Of a stretch of 55,851 bases of DNA, positions 11,562 through 25,716 are shown piece after piece. This stretch comes from Octopus bimaculoides (lineage: Eukaryota). The stretch lies in assembly GCF_001194135.2 (NCBI RefSeq), contig NC_068983.1:126153309-126209159 (forward strand), given 5' to 3'. Position numbers and translations under genes: made by a program. The notes beneath the pieces are model-generated. The model ran no database searches. It had not been told where the DNA came from and saw only the letters and a program-made list of their open reading frames with translations. Within the stretch, counting starts at the first letter, position 1. Every line of letters starts with the position of its first letter.

Positions 11562-12554
11562 CATGTATGTATATAAGTGTGTAAGTGTATATGTGTGTGT
11601 GTGCGTGAATATGAGTGTGTGACTAGGTGTGTCTGAGTGAGAATGCGAGTATGCATGTGTGTTTTTCTTTCTCTAATACTTCCTTTTTCTGTCTTTCACT
11701 ATGGACCTTATTTCGATGTTTCTTTACTCCCCAAGCACGGTGATTTATTTTAAGCAGGAACTTAAAAAGATGAGTCGCCCATTTGCTCTATATTCTGCGT
11801 GTAATTTCACTCTGCATACAATTCATGGATCTTCTTCAAAGTGAAGAATATCCATGCTTTTTTATCCAGCAGGCACACCATCATGTATACATTACTACAT
11901 GGTGTAAGACTACCGGCACTCAGTCCCAAACCGGCAACAATAGTGTGTGGGTGTGTGTGGTAATAATTTTTTTAACAACGACGTGGCTTCGTGATCAATC
12001 AAATTGCGTGAATCCTTGGGCAAGTGTCTTGTATTAAAGCTCTCTTATTGCTTGCATGCCCATCATTTAATACAAAGGAACTGGCGTATAACGAGAAAAT
12101 ACTTTGAAATTAAGGTACCCCTGATATATGAATACTATCGGAATAAAACACGTTTCACGTAAATCGGACCACAGATTCCCGAGAAACGCATTTGTTGGTG
12201 GTATTTATTTCCGTAAATGTATGCTGTAAAACCTAGAGTTATTGCCCTTTACGGAGAAGGCTGGATAGCTTTGTTGGTATAACTACAGATATGTACCTCA
12301 CCGATTTTATTGCCTCATAACTTCCAGAAAAAAATGATACTTTATAATGAAACTTTCAACAAATACCACCTAGATGCTGTGGAGTCAGTATCTATAGGGA
12401 TTTACCGGTAAGAAATTTCTGAGGGGGCGGGGCAAGGAGTTTCGGAAAATTCACATGAACCACATTTTTTCCATTATAAATTTCAGGATAATTGGATTTC
12501 TGTTAATGAAATTTTATACCAATACTTTTCAAACGACATAGTTTACGAGTGTAA

Positions 12555-13696
12555 AGAAAATTGTAGGGAAATTTTTTTCGGATTTGGTGTGGAGAGGAGT
12601 TTCGAAAAAAATTAGTTTCGTATCAGGAAGACCAAATAATTTGAAACTATGTTTAGACGGGGATTTTCCCTATTGTTTTTAATTCACGACAGTATTCGAA
12701 ATGATGTTCGTGTAGGGTGCATATTTCTGTGAAAATGTCTGAAATTCCTCACCATCCCACTCCGGACGGATTTTGGCCAATATTTTCTATGAACTTGAAC
12801 ACCATTGGAGGAGCATTTTCGATATGAAAAAAGAAGTTGTAAATATTTTCAAAGGAAAGGGTACACGATGCAAGGGATATTTCACAATTATTTCTAGCAC
12901 ATCTCAAACCTCCCTCGTTCTTCCTTCTCACATATATTGATGTTTTCTCAATAGTTTTCTCCCATTAAATACATTTTATGAAATAGCGATACCGAAGTAA
13001 CACACGCATGGTCCGTTGTAAGTTATATTTTTACCCCCACCTCCATCAAGTGAAGACGTGTGCGCGTATAGAAAAAAAATACCATTTTCTCATAGAAAAG
13101 TATGCTATTAAAACGAATTATCGTTTACGTACCACTGTGGATAGATTCCAGCAACAACCTTATCAGGATCTCCAGTATTTTGACTTATAAGCAAAAACAA
13201 TCAGGGCAGGGAGTGAGATTGCAAAATGAATATAATTTTTCAGACTTTTTTTATTGCATATAAAATGCTTTATGAGGAGAAAAAATATTGACAAACATCA
13301 ACACGTTCAAGAGTAAGAAAGAAACGAGGAGGGTTTCTTCGGATGTGCTAGAAACAACTACAAAATCTCCATTAAATCACTGACTTTTCTCACTGGAAAT
13401 ATTACATTTTTTAAAAGTATGTTACCGATAAGGCTCCTCCAATGGTTTTCAAGTGCAAAAAAAAAAAAAAAAAGTCCAAATTCCGTCCGCAGGGAAATGA
13501 TGAGAGGGTGTTGTACTAAAGAAAATTAAAAAGAAGAAATTTCATAAGAAGATGTTCTCCGCCCACATCATTTCCTATAAATCCCCGTCAAAACGGAGTA
13601 GTTCCAACATATTTGGTCTTGCTGATCCGAAAGTCCGTTTTTTTCGAAACTTCTCTCCCCACCACCTCGGAAGAAATTTTCTCCGCAAATTTTCTA
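12555..13696. repeat. Large diverged inverted repeat (arms ~12555-12986 and ~13252-13696), probably two tail-to-tail copies of a non-autonomous DNA element
   Basis: Colinear reverse-complement matches: GGAGAGGAGTTTCGAAAAAAA/TTTTTTTCGAAACTTCTCTCC, GACGGGGATTT/AAATCCCCGTC, CCATTGGAGGAGC/GCTCCTCCAATGG, TTTCTAGCACATC/GATGTGCTAGAAA. Confidence 0.85.
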
Positions 13697-14275
13697 AGAG
13701 TAATGAATTTATGAGGCAACAGATTCGGGGTTGGGTATACATCTATACTAAGGCCAGTTTTGTTTGCTTGCAGGCGTGCGTGATTGCCTGTAATTTAATA
13801 TAGCCAAAACAGAGCACAATGAGAAAATACTCCGAAAGTATCATAACCCTGAAATGGAAAAATTGTTTCCATTAATTTTATGTTTACGTTATATGACAAT
13901 TCCTTTTGCATGTTTGTAGAAGTGTGCACATATACCATAAATAAATGGTTTTACTGCAGTTCAAGTTTATCGTGGAAGTTCCATTTCTATTAGATGCTGT
14001 AAATAATCAATAAAACCTCAAACATGAACTTGTTAACCAGACCTATGGTGACACGAACGAAGTGAAATGTTTAAATGAATCATCATAACTTTCATTTCAA
14101 TGGAGTGTTGACATCAGCTTCAATTGTATATAAACTGAACCGTCAGTGACCCAACGTGTCTTCTAATATATATACGTGTGTGTGTGTGTGTGTGTTTGTG
14201 TGTATACATATACATTACATATGTAGGTATATAATGAGTGTGTATGTGTGCGTGCGTGTGTGTATACATTAATAC

Positions 14276-14320
<45 letters not shown>

Positions 14321-14359
14321 ATTTGTATTTGTTTTGGGCCCTCACAACTGTATGAGATC

Positions 14360-14520
14360 TGCTGTTGCTCAGTTTACATCCCAGTAACGTCGCGGTTCTG
14401 TAAGAAGGCACATCTAGATTAAGTACCAGTCTTAAAAGAATAACTACAGTTGTGGATTTGTTTCACTAAATTCTTCAAGACAGTATTCCGGGATGGTTGC
14501 TGTCGAATGACACGAAAATA
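14360..14520 (+). mobile_element. Degenerate SINE body/3' part (cephalopod-type)
   Basis: TTTACATCCC.GTAAC..GCGGTTC..AAGTACC..GATTTG.TT.ACTAAA..TC.AATGAC..AA pattern, recalled as a common Octopus SINE. Confidence 0.55.
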
Positions 14521-15702
14521 TGGAAGACAAAAGATTAAACTAACATACACCCATACACAAAACAGACACAGCAGCTCAAAATATCCATATATTTCATAAG
14601 GAATGATCCATTAATGATTTCTGCAATTGCTTTATTTGTTAATTAACTGCAAAATGATGATTACGTTATCACAGATCGTGTGATTTTCAGTTTAGTTCCA
14701 AAACCATTTACTATAATGTTTCTTTTCTTCGGAATACAATATAGTCATGGTAACCCATTACACTCCCTCGAAACAATTCTATGGCTGTTAAAAATTAAAA
14801 CATGAGCATTCTGTCATATTTTTCTTCCAAAATTTTCCGATTTGATCAACATAATTTGTCCCCTACGGGTGAATAAGGGACAAAGAAAATGCAAATATTT
14901 TATTGTTATGAATCATAATAATAAATATAACGGTTATTTCGTTGTAATGTCACTATAATAGTGATGCCATTTTACATGTGTTATCGTCATCACAATTTTA
15001 TATTAAACTGTTTATACTTCATGTGTATGAAGGTGTTAGTGATGTACCTTCCTCTCTGTTTTCCTTGCCTATTGGCGTTAACTAAATCTAGCAGCAACAT
15101 GAGGTTAATTCTCAGCCCCAGTAAATGCAAGGTATACCTAACCGAGTCTAAATTATCTACCTTATTAAATGCTCTACTATCTTTTAATAAATAACATTGC
15201 ATTAGCTATTTCAATAGATAAGTAAGTTCTGTATTAAATAAAGGATGAATTCGTTCATAATACTCTGCTACTTTACCGCCACTTACTAAATTTAGCATAC
15301 CGGCAAACAAATTACTTATTAGCTAAATTTCAGGGCAATTGCAACGTAAGGAAATTCTTATCACTGTTCCATTTCAAAACCCTTACTGAATTCATACATT
15401 ACTTAATAGCTTTACAACTAACCCTATTTTAAAATCCAATCTAGTGCAGGTCCATTACGAAGACTTCTTTGAATTGATATATTATGTAATGTCGTTTCAA
15501 CTAACCCTGATTTAAAATTCAATCTATGGCTACTTTTCAGATGTAATAAAATGATTTAATTGATTCTATTATACAGCGTTCATCAGGAAGATTATCGCTT
15601 CATCTATACTAATATGCTTAGATATTTCCTGGTTGTAGTTCGTTTAAAGAAAAGCATTCATCTGATTACAGGAAAGTATTACACGTAATCACTACAATTC
15701 CT

Positions 15703-15743
<41 letters not shown>

Positions 15744-15766
15744 NNNNNNNNNNNNNNNNNNNNNNN

Positions 15767-15806
<40 letters not shown>

Positions 15807-17074
15807 ACTTACACACGCAAAAACACTCTCTCTCTCTCTCACACACTCCATCTCTCTCTAACACACACACACAAATATATACATATACACAGGCCCAAGC
15901 ATTCAATTAGGAATGTTAACTGCATGGCAGTGATAATACTCTGATTCCAGCTATTGCTAATTTCTGCATCGTGTCTTCATTTTCAAGCAGAAAGGACCAT
16001 GTTGCAAGATTAATTATTCTATGCATCTCACATGTCTAGTTAAGAGATTTTGTTTGAAATGCAACCAGAAATCATGTTACTTTAGGTGTATGATGATAGT
16101 ACCCATCTGCATTGTTCGTTGAAGAATAAATGCCATGTAGCTTTAATCCACTCGAAAGGAGATGTGCTTTGTTTAAAAATAAATATTCTTTGACCTCATA
16201 GCTTTGACCACAGTTATCCATATTATGAACAGCAAAATTATTATGAAGCATCTTTACAAATGGCAATTATATTTTGATTTCTTCAACGAAGAATAGCTGT
16301 CCATATCACGCTTGGCACATTAAAATTAACTCAGAATTTGATATATTTTTTTTTTCACTTTGTCTTGACACTTCAGACTATATCTCCATTCCAAAGTTCT
16401 CTTCCAGATTTGGTTAAGACTGCATTTGTTAATGCATCAGGTAATTTAAATTTCTCAATTTTTGATTACTGATGTGTATTACAATTAATTGTCTCTGTTT
16501 CAGAAGTAATTCCCACGCACACACATTTACACGCAAAACAAAGAAATTAGAGGAAATTTCCTTCCATGGTGATGATGCTACCTTGAGAGCTGTTTATTTT
16601 TCTGTTATGTATTTGCCTCTTACCTTTCCCATAACGTCGGTACATATAACTTATGCCGTCATGTCAAACGAAATGACATCCATTGTCCAGTCGCCTGCGC
16701 ATTTCCCTGTCTTCATTCATGTTTTGCTAGGTTTCCTGCAGTAACTGTTGAACTTATGTCGAATAAGGTCTGCTTCTCTTTCTCTTACACTGCACTAGTT
16801 TCCTTAGCGATATTTCATGGAAAAATTAATTGTCACTTCGTCTATGAAAAACTGTCTTCCAACATTTATGTCTGCGTTGGTTAACGGTTTTGTTTAATTT
16901 AGATATATTAACAAAAAATATGTAATATCCTTTTGTAGAAAGTTATGTCTGACTGCACGGCCAATGATAGTTACAATCTGGTGGTTTGGATATAACACAA
17001 AATATCATTAGCATAGCTTACCAATAAATTACACTTATTTTCCGAGCCTTTACCACCAAGCCTCTTCCGTATTT

Positions 17075-17210
17075 TTCTTCTTCTTCTTCTTCTTCTTCTT
17101 CTTCTTCTTCTTCTTCTTCTTCTTCTTCTTCTTCTTCTTCTTCTTCTTCTTCTTCTTCTTCTTCTTCTACTATTACTACCGCTACTACTACTACTACTAC
17201 TACTACTAGA
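17075..17210. repeat. (TTC)n(TAC)n microsatellite
   Basis: Direct inspection. Confidence 0.95.
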
Positions 17211-17799
17211 ATTATAGTATTAGAGTCTCAATAGCGTTTTAATATAATTATATTATATGCTGCCCAGTGTTTGAGTGGCCATCATAAAGAAAATTTCCTC
17301 ATAGACCACATATAAATATGCGATAGGAATGAAATTCCTTCGAGTAATGCCATAAAACCGGTATAGCGCAATGATAATCTACGTATGCGACATATTTATC
17401 GTTTGACACTCTACATTTTGAATTGCCCACTAAAACGCATGATACTTGAAAATCAATTAATGTCCTCAATAGTTACAAGTTTGTAAATGCAGAGAAAATT
17501 GCTGTCGTCCATGAACGTGCAGTGACAAATTATGTTTCAAATAAAGGCTTAATATTTGTCAAACATATTTTTAATAAATTATATTAGCTACAGCATTATG
17601 AGCATTCATAAAACAAACACACAGAGCCATCGATGATGAAGTGCATTGCGAGTTTCGCAGGCTGACTATGAATGAGTGAGTCTATGATACGTTGCATTGT
17701 TAATTTCAGTTCTTTTTATTAATAAATGCATGTTTTATTTCCAGGTAAACTGGAATCTGATTGTTGAAAACAGTCTTCAGACATAACTATTAGCGATTT

Positions 17800-19018
17800 C
17801 TCTTCAAAACGGACAAAAGTATGCATCATGGTGTATGTGCTGATAAATGGTTTAGCTCGCAAGATCATTCATGATGAAATGCTTGCTACATTAGCGGATG
17901 ACACTTGAGTCTTATCAACAATGCAAAATTGGGCAGCGAAATTGTGGAGGAGAATGGAGATACTTGAAGATGGCCCGAGCTCTGGAGGTCCTGCAACTGC
18001 CAACAACGAGTAAAACATTAATCGCGTTCGACACAGGCATATAGAAGAAGGCTATAATTCAAATAGTCAATGACATTTGCGATTACCGTGAAAGAGTTGA
18101 AAATATTCTTGTGGTAACGAGTGTTTCTGCTCGATGGATTTTATGTCATCTGAAATCTGATCAAGTGTGCACCAGTGCTAATCACAATACGTGAAAACCT
18201 GACATAAGTTGACACAGATCTGGCTGGTTTCCTTGAACTTTCCTAAATTAGAAAGTGCGTTCGGTTCATCATTTTGACCCAGAGACAAAGAGACAATTCA
18301 TGCAGTACGAACACCCTCTCCTCACCTACTCCAAAGAAGGCTAACGTCGTTTTATCTGCGGGAAGTTGATGGGCTCAGTTTTTTGAGATGCAACAAAAAG
18401 GCATTGTGTTTATTGACTCTCTTCAAAAGGAACACATCATCAGTGAAGAGTTCTATAACAAGTTACTGGGGCAGTTATGAATTATTAAACGTTTTGGATA
18501 GCGGACATATGATCTGTCTATAGATAGACTTCGCTTCAGAAGCTGTGATCTTATATTTGGCCAGATGAGTGAGAGTGGCGTATTTTACGATCAATAGATT
18601 ACCAAGCATCTGGGTTATCAAAACCAAACGGTTATGACAAAAAGGATCATATTTACTCAGGACGATGCTCCAGCACACAAGTCCCTGGTTTCAAGGGCTG
18701 GTGTGCTTCACTGGATTTGGACTATTTAGTCATCATCCGTATTCTCCTTATTAGAACCCGTCTGATTATGAATGGTTCTTCAACATGAAAATGCACTTGC
18801 CTGGGAACAAGTATCATTGGGGAAGAGTCATATTTAATATTGATGACGTCTTTGACCAACAAGATGAAAGAGTCTTCAGTAACAGGATACATGCATTGCA
18901 ACACTGATGAAAGATGTACGTTTATCGCAAGGGGAACTATGCTAAGAATAACTGTTATGTGGTTACATCTCATGGGAATATTTTGTTCAGCCTAAGAACT
19001 TTTCAGCCGACCCTCGAA
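17800..19018 (+). mobile_element. Degenerate mariner (Mos1/SETMAR-like) transposon
   Basis: HHFDPETKRQFMQYEHP, AGKLMGSVF, QDDAPAH, HPYSP..PSDY motifs. Terminal-repeat-like CCTAAGAACTTTTCAGCCGACCCTCG at 18991-19016, followed by TA at 19019. Left TIR not found. Confidence 0.85.
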
Positions 19019-20160
19019 TATGCAGGTATTTTTTAAATGTTGAATATATATTTTCTTCGGTTTTGCGTGTTATAATAACAAAAGGCGGTGCGTGGATTTT
19101 GATTTAGCGTTATACATTTATAGTTTGAGGACTGTATTAAAATTCTCGATTGCGAGATAAGCCACTCTCGCTTATATGACTCAATCTTTAGTAACGGCTT
19201 CTTACGCAAAGTGTTTTAACAGACAGATCGCGTGTGTTCGCAAGCCAAAAGTTTTAACAATTGATGAGTAATCGAGAAAATCGATACGATAGGAAATAAG
19301 AATTCCCTGCCAAATACAACTGTAAATTTGTAAAAGAACCTTACAAATAAAGTATATAGATAAGAGATTAGAGGGATGGGTTAAAAATACAAAGAGAGAA
19401 ATAAAAGTCAAGTGAAGATGAGAGAGATGCAGGAGGAAGAAATCACGATCAAGCATTGTTCATTGACAGAACTTGATAAACGGAACAAAGATGGAAAAGA
19501 AGCACGAAATCTAGAGACAGTCGATCAAAGCAATGCTGTTGACCAAGATATAGAGCTTTCGATCATATCTGGATTGCTAATCTCTAATCGAAACATCTAT
19601 TTTCAACTAAGGGAACCGCAGATTCGTATCATGCGGCTCCACCCCAGTATATTTTCATGGATGTATTTCTTACTTGCACTCCGTCATCACTGATGTGCTC
19701 TACTGTTGAGCCTCTGTTTGGCTGTTTCCGCGCAAGAAACTGCATTAAAGGCATGCTTTTATAATATTTCCAGTTGAAGGTTAAACAGAAATTTCATTTA
19801 AACGACTATTGCCAATAACATACCTCTATTTCAAATAAGTTATGTAATTGTAACAACCGAAATTGTTGTTCTTGCATTGTTTTCGTTACAGAGAAAAATA
19901 TACCCAAGTTTTGTCATATTTACACGTACATTGAAAGAGGAACTTATCTTATGATAAAGAAATAAATTGCTAGATTTGGTACATATGATACTGCAACAAA
20001 TTTACTTGAATGAATAAACAGAAGGCCGATGGAAATATAATTTTCAGAGGAGAATTGGAACCAAACTTGAGAAAATGACGATATATCAGAGTGTACTGGG
20101 TTGTTTACCACCGCTACGATGCATGCGCGCACGCAACCCACACCTATATATGTATGTTAA

Positions 20161-20211
<51 letters not shown>

Positions 20212-20775
20212 TGGAAGAGAGAGTGAGAGAGAGAGGAGGAAGAGAGAAAAGGAAAGACAAAGGGAAAATAGAGAGCTGAGTATGCAAACAGACAGGACTG
20301 GCCTAAGATAACGTCAATAACCATTGAAACACAGATTAGTGAAAATTTACCGAATATATGTAGCATTAAATACATTTATTCCTACGGTAATGTATTAACA
20401 TTAAAAGTATTGCATTGCATATAAAAGCAATTTCTGATTATAAAAATACGTTATATATATTAAATATATTTAGCTATTGTACTCTGGCTGGCTATCTGCA
20501 GCATTCTGACATAATAATATATTGTAAGATATTAATATTAAGATTGGAGTCTCTTATCGCCACAAGAGTCGCACCTCGAGAAGAACTCGTTATCAATAAG
20601 CTATTTATAATCGTACTAGTATCAACCAGTTCATACATCGTGATAGTATTGTGAATGGAGACAAAAAAAATTGGATTGCGACCGATATTGGGTTTTAAAT
20701 AATAGTGAAAGACTTTCACAGACAAAATAATTTATAATAATAACGAGGATGATGATGATGATGATGATAATAATA

Positions 20776-21308
20776 TGTCCTGATGCAGTATCAGGCTGTG
20801 GCTCTCATTATCTTAACTGAATAGAAGTGTTATGACGTACATTGATTTGTCTCGATATAAAGATGCACTGCAACAAATATTCAGCTTAGTACCACAGATT
20901 TGTTTCTCGGTTGTTTGACCATAACCACTTGAGCATGTCCCATAGTGACTGACAATGTGTGCAACTCCGATCATGAGCAGAAGAAGTAGAACATCATGAC
21001 CATGTATTTAAAAGGAATTCTTTTGGATTTGGATAATTCACCTCTGGAAACGGTTATTTCATTCAACATCATCAAACGGCCCTTTTCCAGGGACATTTTG
21101 AGGAGGGGGGGGCTACTCGATCTGAAAAAAATTCTAAGTGGATCCCACATGTAAGATCATGTGCTGGTTGTCTTGGTATGGGATCATTATGTCAAAATAT
21201 ATGGTTGTGATGCATGTGCATAGTGTAACCTTATCAGATTGGTAGTTATGACGAGTATACTGGGATTTGTATATTTTATCCCAGTGTCAATTTGATGGCA
21301 TGCACTGC
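20776..21308 (+). mobile_element. ~555-bp non-coding retroposed repeat, copy 1 (older, near full length)
   Basis: Colinear with 50878-51435 along its length; preceded by a (GAT)n/(AAT) tract. Confidence 0.85.
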
Positions 21309-21319
21309 ACTAGAACGGC

Positions 21320-22280
21320 TATTATTGGAAGTAAGAAGGTCAAGTTTGTGTACCATGAAAGAGCGCAAAGATAAAGCACTCTACAAGAAATCGAAAACGA
21401 ATGAAACTGAAAATAGGTAGGTAAAGAAAAGAATGCATGGTCAATTTCATGGGTATGTTGAAGATAAGACAGACAAAGAAAAAAGATGGCTGTGGATGAC
21501 TAAAAGTGATTTAAATTGGAAACGGAGGCTCTTATCTGTGCTGCCCGAGAGAAAGTACTTAAACAAACTACATAAAACACAGAATAGACAACACATCAGA
21601 AAATGGTAAGTGCAGAATCTGTGGAGAAAAAGGGGAAACCATATTGCATATTACCAGCCAATCTATGCCACTAGCCTAGAAGGAATATAAGAGACGCCAT
21701 GAAAATATAGCAAGGATTGTCAATTGGACACTTTGAAATAAGTATGGATTTGACGGAGAAAAAAATTCGTACGACCACAAACCTGACAGCATCGTCGAAA
21801 ATAAAAAAAAAAAACATCAAGAACATATGGGACTTTATGATTCAGTGTGACCATGACATAGAGAATAGGAAGACTGATATAGTATTAATTGAGATAGAAA
21901 ACAAGCTATGCTGGATCATAGATATAGCATGCTCAGCTGAAAACAAGATATGCGATATGGAAGAAAGAAAAGTCGAGAGATATGACAGGTTAGTTTGGGA
22001 AGTTAAGCAGTTGTGGTCGATGAAAAACGTAGCTGTAGTACCAATAATTGTCGGAGCCCTGGGAACAGTGAGCAAAAGTCTCGTGAGGTACGTTGAACAA
22101 ATATGGAATGCAGTAAGGATGGAGCACTTGCAGAAAATAGCACTGCTTGGAACCGCCCGAATACTCCGGAAGGTGCTCGAAAAATAGGTGTTACCATAGT
22201 TAACTGGTAGTGAACAGCTGACACCACAGTGCATCTCCAGCATTAGAAGCTGTGCAAAGGCAATGATGAGGATAATGATT
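21320..22280 (+). mobile_element. R4/Dong-like LINE 3' third (zinc knuckle + RLE), separate subfamily
   Basis: MHGQF, ETEALICAA, CRICGEKGETILH, IWDFMIQCDHDIENRKTDIV..IDIAC..EERKVERY..VPIIVGALG..LLGTARILRKVLEK*; ends in (GAT/AAT) repeats. Confidence 0.9.
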
Positions 22281-22374
22281 TCATTTATTTATCACGAGGG
22301 CGAAAGATGAGGGGACAATACAGAGACAGACATAAATTGTGGTGGTTTACATATAATAATGAAATGGTAAATTA

Positions 22375-23572
22375 AAAAAAACGTACACAATATACACTGG
22401 GAAAGAGGAGACATATGCATAACGTAAATCGGTACAAAAAAGATAGAGAGGATGATATAGACGTAGCCCTCCTGATAGAGGAAGCCTCTAGGAGTAAGCG
22501 AGAAACCACACCGTCCGAGATTTCCCTAAAACCCTTGGAGCAAGTACTCTCTCCGATTCCTACTCTCCAACTCACATATGTACACTTAGAGAGCTACCAT
22601 CCACTAATGCAATTTTCGCTAAATTCGATAAATTCACTCGAGGACAGCACTTCCCTCTCTACTCTCAATCTCCTTTTCAAATGAAACTTGAAAAAGTCAA
22701 CGAGAACTCTACCGAAGAGGAATGTGTCTGTCCTCATGCCTTTCAGCCTTGTCCACCAAACAACCTCTCGATTGGAGGAGAGCGGCACTGCAATTATCAC
22801 TACAGCCTCGAACGACAGGCGAATCTGTCCCACACGTGATACTAGCTGTTCAACGTAACCCCACAAGCCAGCAATACCTGGACACTGAACGGGCGCTTGC
22901 AGAACGGTTTCATCATTCTGCGCGCACCTGGAACAAGTCCGTATGACAACGTATCCGTGCCTGTAGAGCTTGTCTCGAACTGGTAGCACGCCCACCCTGG
23001 TAGCGCTGCCAAGCCAAGGACATCTGAAAATCATCCATGGTAGTTCCAGACCGGAAAGTCTTCCGGATTAGACGAACCAGTTCATTCTCGTTGGCGCCCA
23101 GAGTTTCCCGAAAACGTCGTTTCAATTCTCCGCCACAAATCCTCTAACAATTTCTAAAGCGGAACATCCACCGATCCCATTTACCGGCTGTTAGAGGGTT
23201 GTGAGCGCCTGACGAGATTCTAGGTGCCAGGCACCCAGCTTCAGTCTTTTGTTCACTCAAGACTGCATCTCCGGCAAGGAGACAAGCTCCGGAAGGACGA
23301 GCCTCACAGACGGAGTCTACACATAATCACCTCTTAGAAATTAATGCAGGTGACGCAGCCTAAGCGCACGTCTATACATTAATAGCCACGGTATACCTAA
23401 TCCGCTACTCAGAGAATGCTGGCAACAGCCTGACCTTCTGGCCATTGGAACGCGTACCTTCCACAAGAATTTAAATAAAATACACTCCAACCTGGTCAAG
23501 CCGTAAGCAGGACAAGGCACGACGATCAGGCGACAAATGATAACGGAGGCGATGTAAGCATTCGCTACCTCT
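22375..23572 (-). mobile_element. Tx1/L1-like LINE 3' portion (post-RT region, zf-RVT-like zinc finger, 3'UTR)
   Basis: LFKFLWKVRVPMARRSGCCQHSLSSGLGIPWLL..ALRLRHL and LPVRDKLYRHG..TCSRCAQNDETV..QC; frameshifted. Confidence 0.8.
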
Positions 23573-23651
23573 GTAGTCAGGATGGTTATATTGGGCTTCG
23601 TATATTTTTACCCCAGTGTCATTTTGATATCATGCGCTGCTCTTTCACTCA
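23573..23651 (+). mobile_element. 5'-truncated copy of the ~555-bp repeat, with an (ACT)n(AAT)n(AAG)n tail to ~23775
   Basis: Matches the last ~80 bp of 50878-51435. Confidence 0.75.
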
Positions 23652-23652
23652 G

Positions 23653-23702
<50 letters not shown>

Positions 23703-24066
23703 ATAATAATAATAATAATAATAATAAGAATAAGAAGAAGAATAAGAAGAAGAATAAGAATAAGAAGAAGAAGAAGAGAAGAGCGCCAGCCTTGATAGCG
23801 ATTGGACATGTTCCTCGCTGCTCTGTCCATTCAGTAGCCGAAAGCCATAGTAACACTAATATGACCCAGCAGGACAACGGGGAAAAATAACTCTCAAAGA
23901 CTGGAATATCTACAATATCCTGCGAGTATTTAAATTCCCTTCAAAATAAGTTAAGAAATTTACAAATTTACACATCTACAGTTTTCAAACACACAAACTT
24001 TGCACCCATCGTCAGCCATGCGCAGTTGGTTAAATATGTGTAAGCATTAACGGTTCAACATGATGA

Positions 24067-24110
<44 letters not shown>

Positions 24111-24494
24111 GATTTCGGTGCGAATGGTCTTGTTATGGAGTGCTGAGTTTTTCAATCCTGTAAATAATAATAAGTGTATTTATACAAGATTAAAGTGATC
24201 CCCGTGGAATGACTAAAGAAAATGCAATTATAATGGGGCATATAAGCGCTCGTCAGAAAAAAAGTAGGAATTTCCATCAGCATGGGACTCGAACGTACAT
24301 CCGTTTATTAACGCAGCTAATTGAATTAGCATTACTCCAACAAATTGCCCCTGTTTATCTGAAAATTAAGAACTATAATAGTTTGTAGTTGTTTTTGTAA
24401 ACAAACTTCTTTGTGCTTTCGGTGCGAATGGTTTTGTTATGCGGTGTCAAGTTTTACGATCCTATAAATAATAATAATGGTATTTATATAAAAG

Positions 24495-25272
24495 TATCTT
24501 GAAATACTAAAGTAAATTTATTTAATAAAATCGCATTGCCTTCAACCACGGCCTCCAGTCGACTTCGGTATTTCTTGCAACGCTTCTAGATGGTCTCCTT
24601 GTTTAAGTTGGTGAATGTTGCCATAATCCTTGCCTTCAATTCATCTTCGGTATTACAAGGAATTTTTTTGATCTCTCACTCAACTGCGCCCCACATATAA
24701 TAATCAAGGAGGTTTCAGTGTGGACAGTTAGGTTATCATGTGTTAGAGGTGACGTGGTCGCAGAAATATTCTGACGGTCATGTGTGGTATGATGTAGAGT
24801 CTTGTTGCCGGAAATAGGATCTTCCAGCAGCCACGCTCTTCATCCGGGGCAGCACTACCGCCTCCAGGCACTTGACATAGGCTTCTGAGTTGAGTCTAGG
24901 CCGTGTGGAAAGATGAATGGAGGCATAACGTCGAAACCACAAGTGATCACTCCAAATGCCATGATGATGACTGGATGTTTGATTATCATCACTCTCGGTA
25001 CATGTCCTCAGATTGCACTTTCCGCAGATTGACATCCAAACATACTGGTATATTCGTAATGGAGATTTCGGCGCGAATGACAAGCTGCACAGCGTGTCAT
25101 TTCCGAATTTCTGGCGGAGTGAATTGCGTCACGAAGTTGTTGTTTTCACAGACGGTTCACAACTACTGTATAACACTACTATACTGTGTAGTAGACAAAA
25201 TCAAAATCAAATAATGCGCTTGCATGAAATAAAACATATAAAATGGTAACAATTTACCAATTGCACCCTACA
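24495..25272 (-). mobile_element. Internally deleted Tc1/mariner-superfamily transposon
   Basis: RLNSEAYVKCLEAVVLP..AAGRSYFRQQDSTSYHT, then YMWGAVE..PCNTEDELKARI..RSRLEAVVE. TIR-like GGTAACAATTTACCAATTGCACCCT at 25245-25269 next to a TA tract. Confidence 0.85.
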
Positions 25273-25317
25273 TATGTATATATATATGCGTGTGTGTTTG
25301 TGTGTGTGTGTGTGTGT

Positions 25318-25356
<39 letters not shown>

Positions 25357-25367
25357 CGTGCGTGTAT

Positions 25368-25399
<32 letters not shown>

Positions 25400-25664
25400 A
25401 CACATATATGTATATGTATAACTTGTAGTTACAGGATTGGTTCGTCACCTCGGAAGCGCTAATATAAAAACTCGCAAGAGTATATGGTAAGTTAGAAAGG
25501 AGAAATCCATTTAAAAAAAATTTCAATGCGTAGGTTTCGCTTTCATATCGATATATTTATTTTACATATATAACTACATGGAGTATTTAATGGATTGAAG
25601 TTTTACTTTTCATATATGGACCGATAAAACAACTTTTTGTCTCACATTCCAAATCATCCGTAAT

Positions 25665-25716
<52 letters not shown>

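Noticed and set aside
15387-15526. Two-copy ~83-bp-period local duplication
   Set aside because: Ordinary diverged tandem duplication; two units only, not CRISPR-like.
24120-24490. ~75-bp direct repeat pair around a tRNA-like GTTCGAGTCCC box (minus strand)
   Set aside because: No cloverleaf; most likely SINE debris, too degenerate to call.
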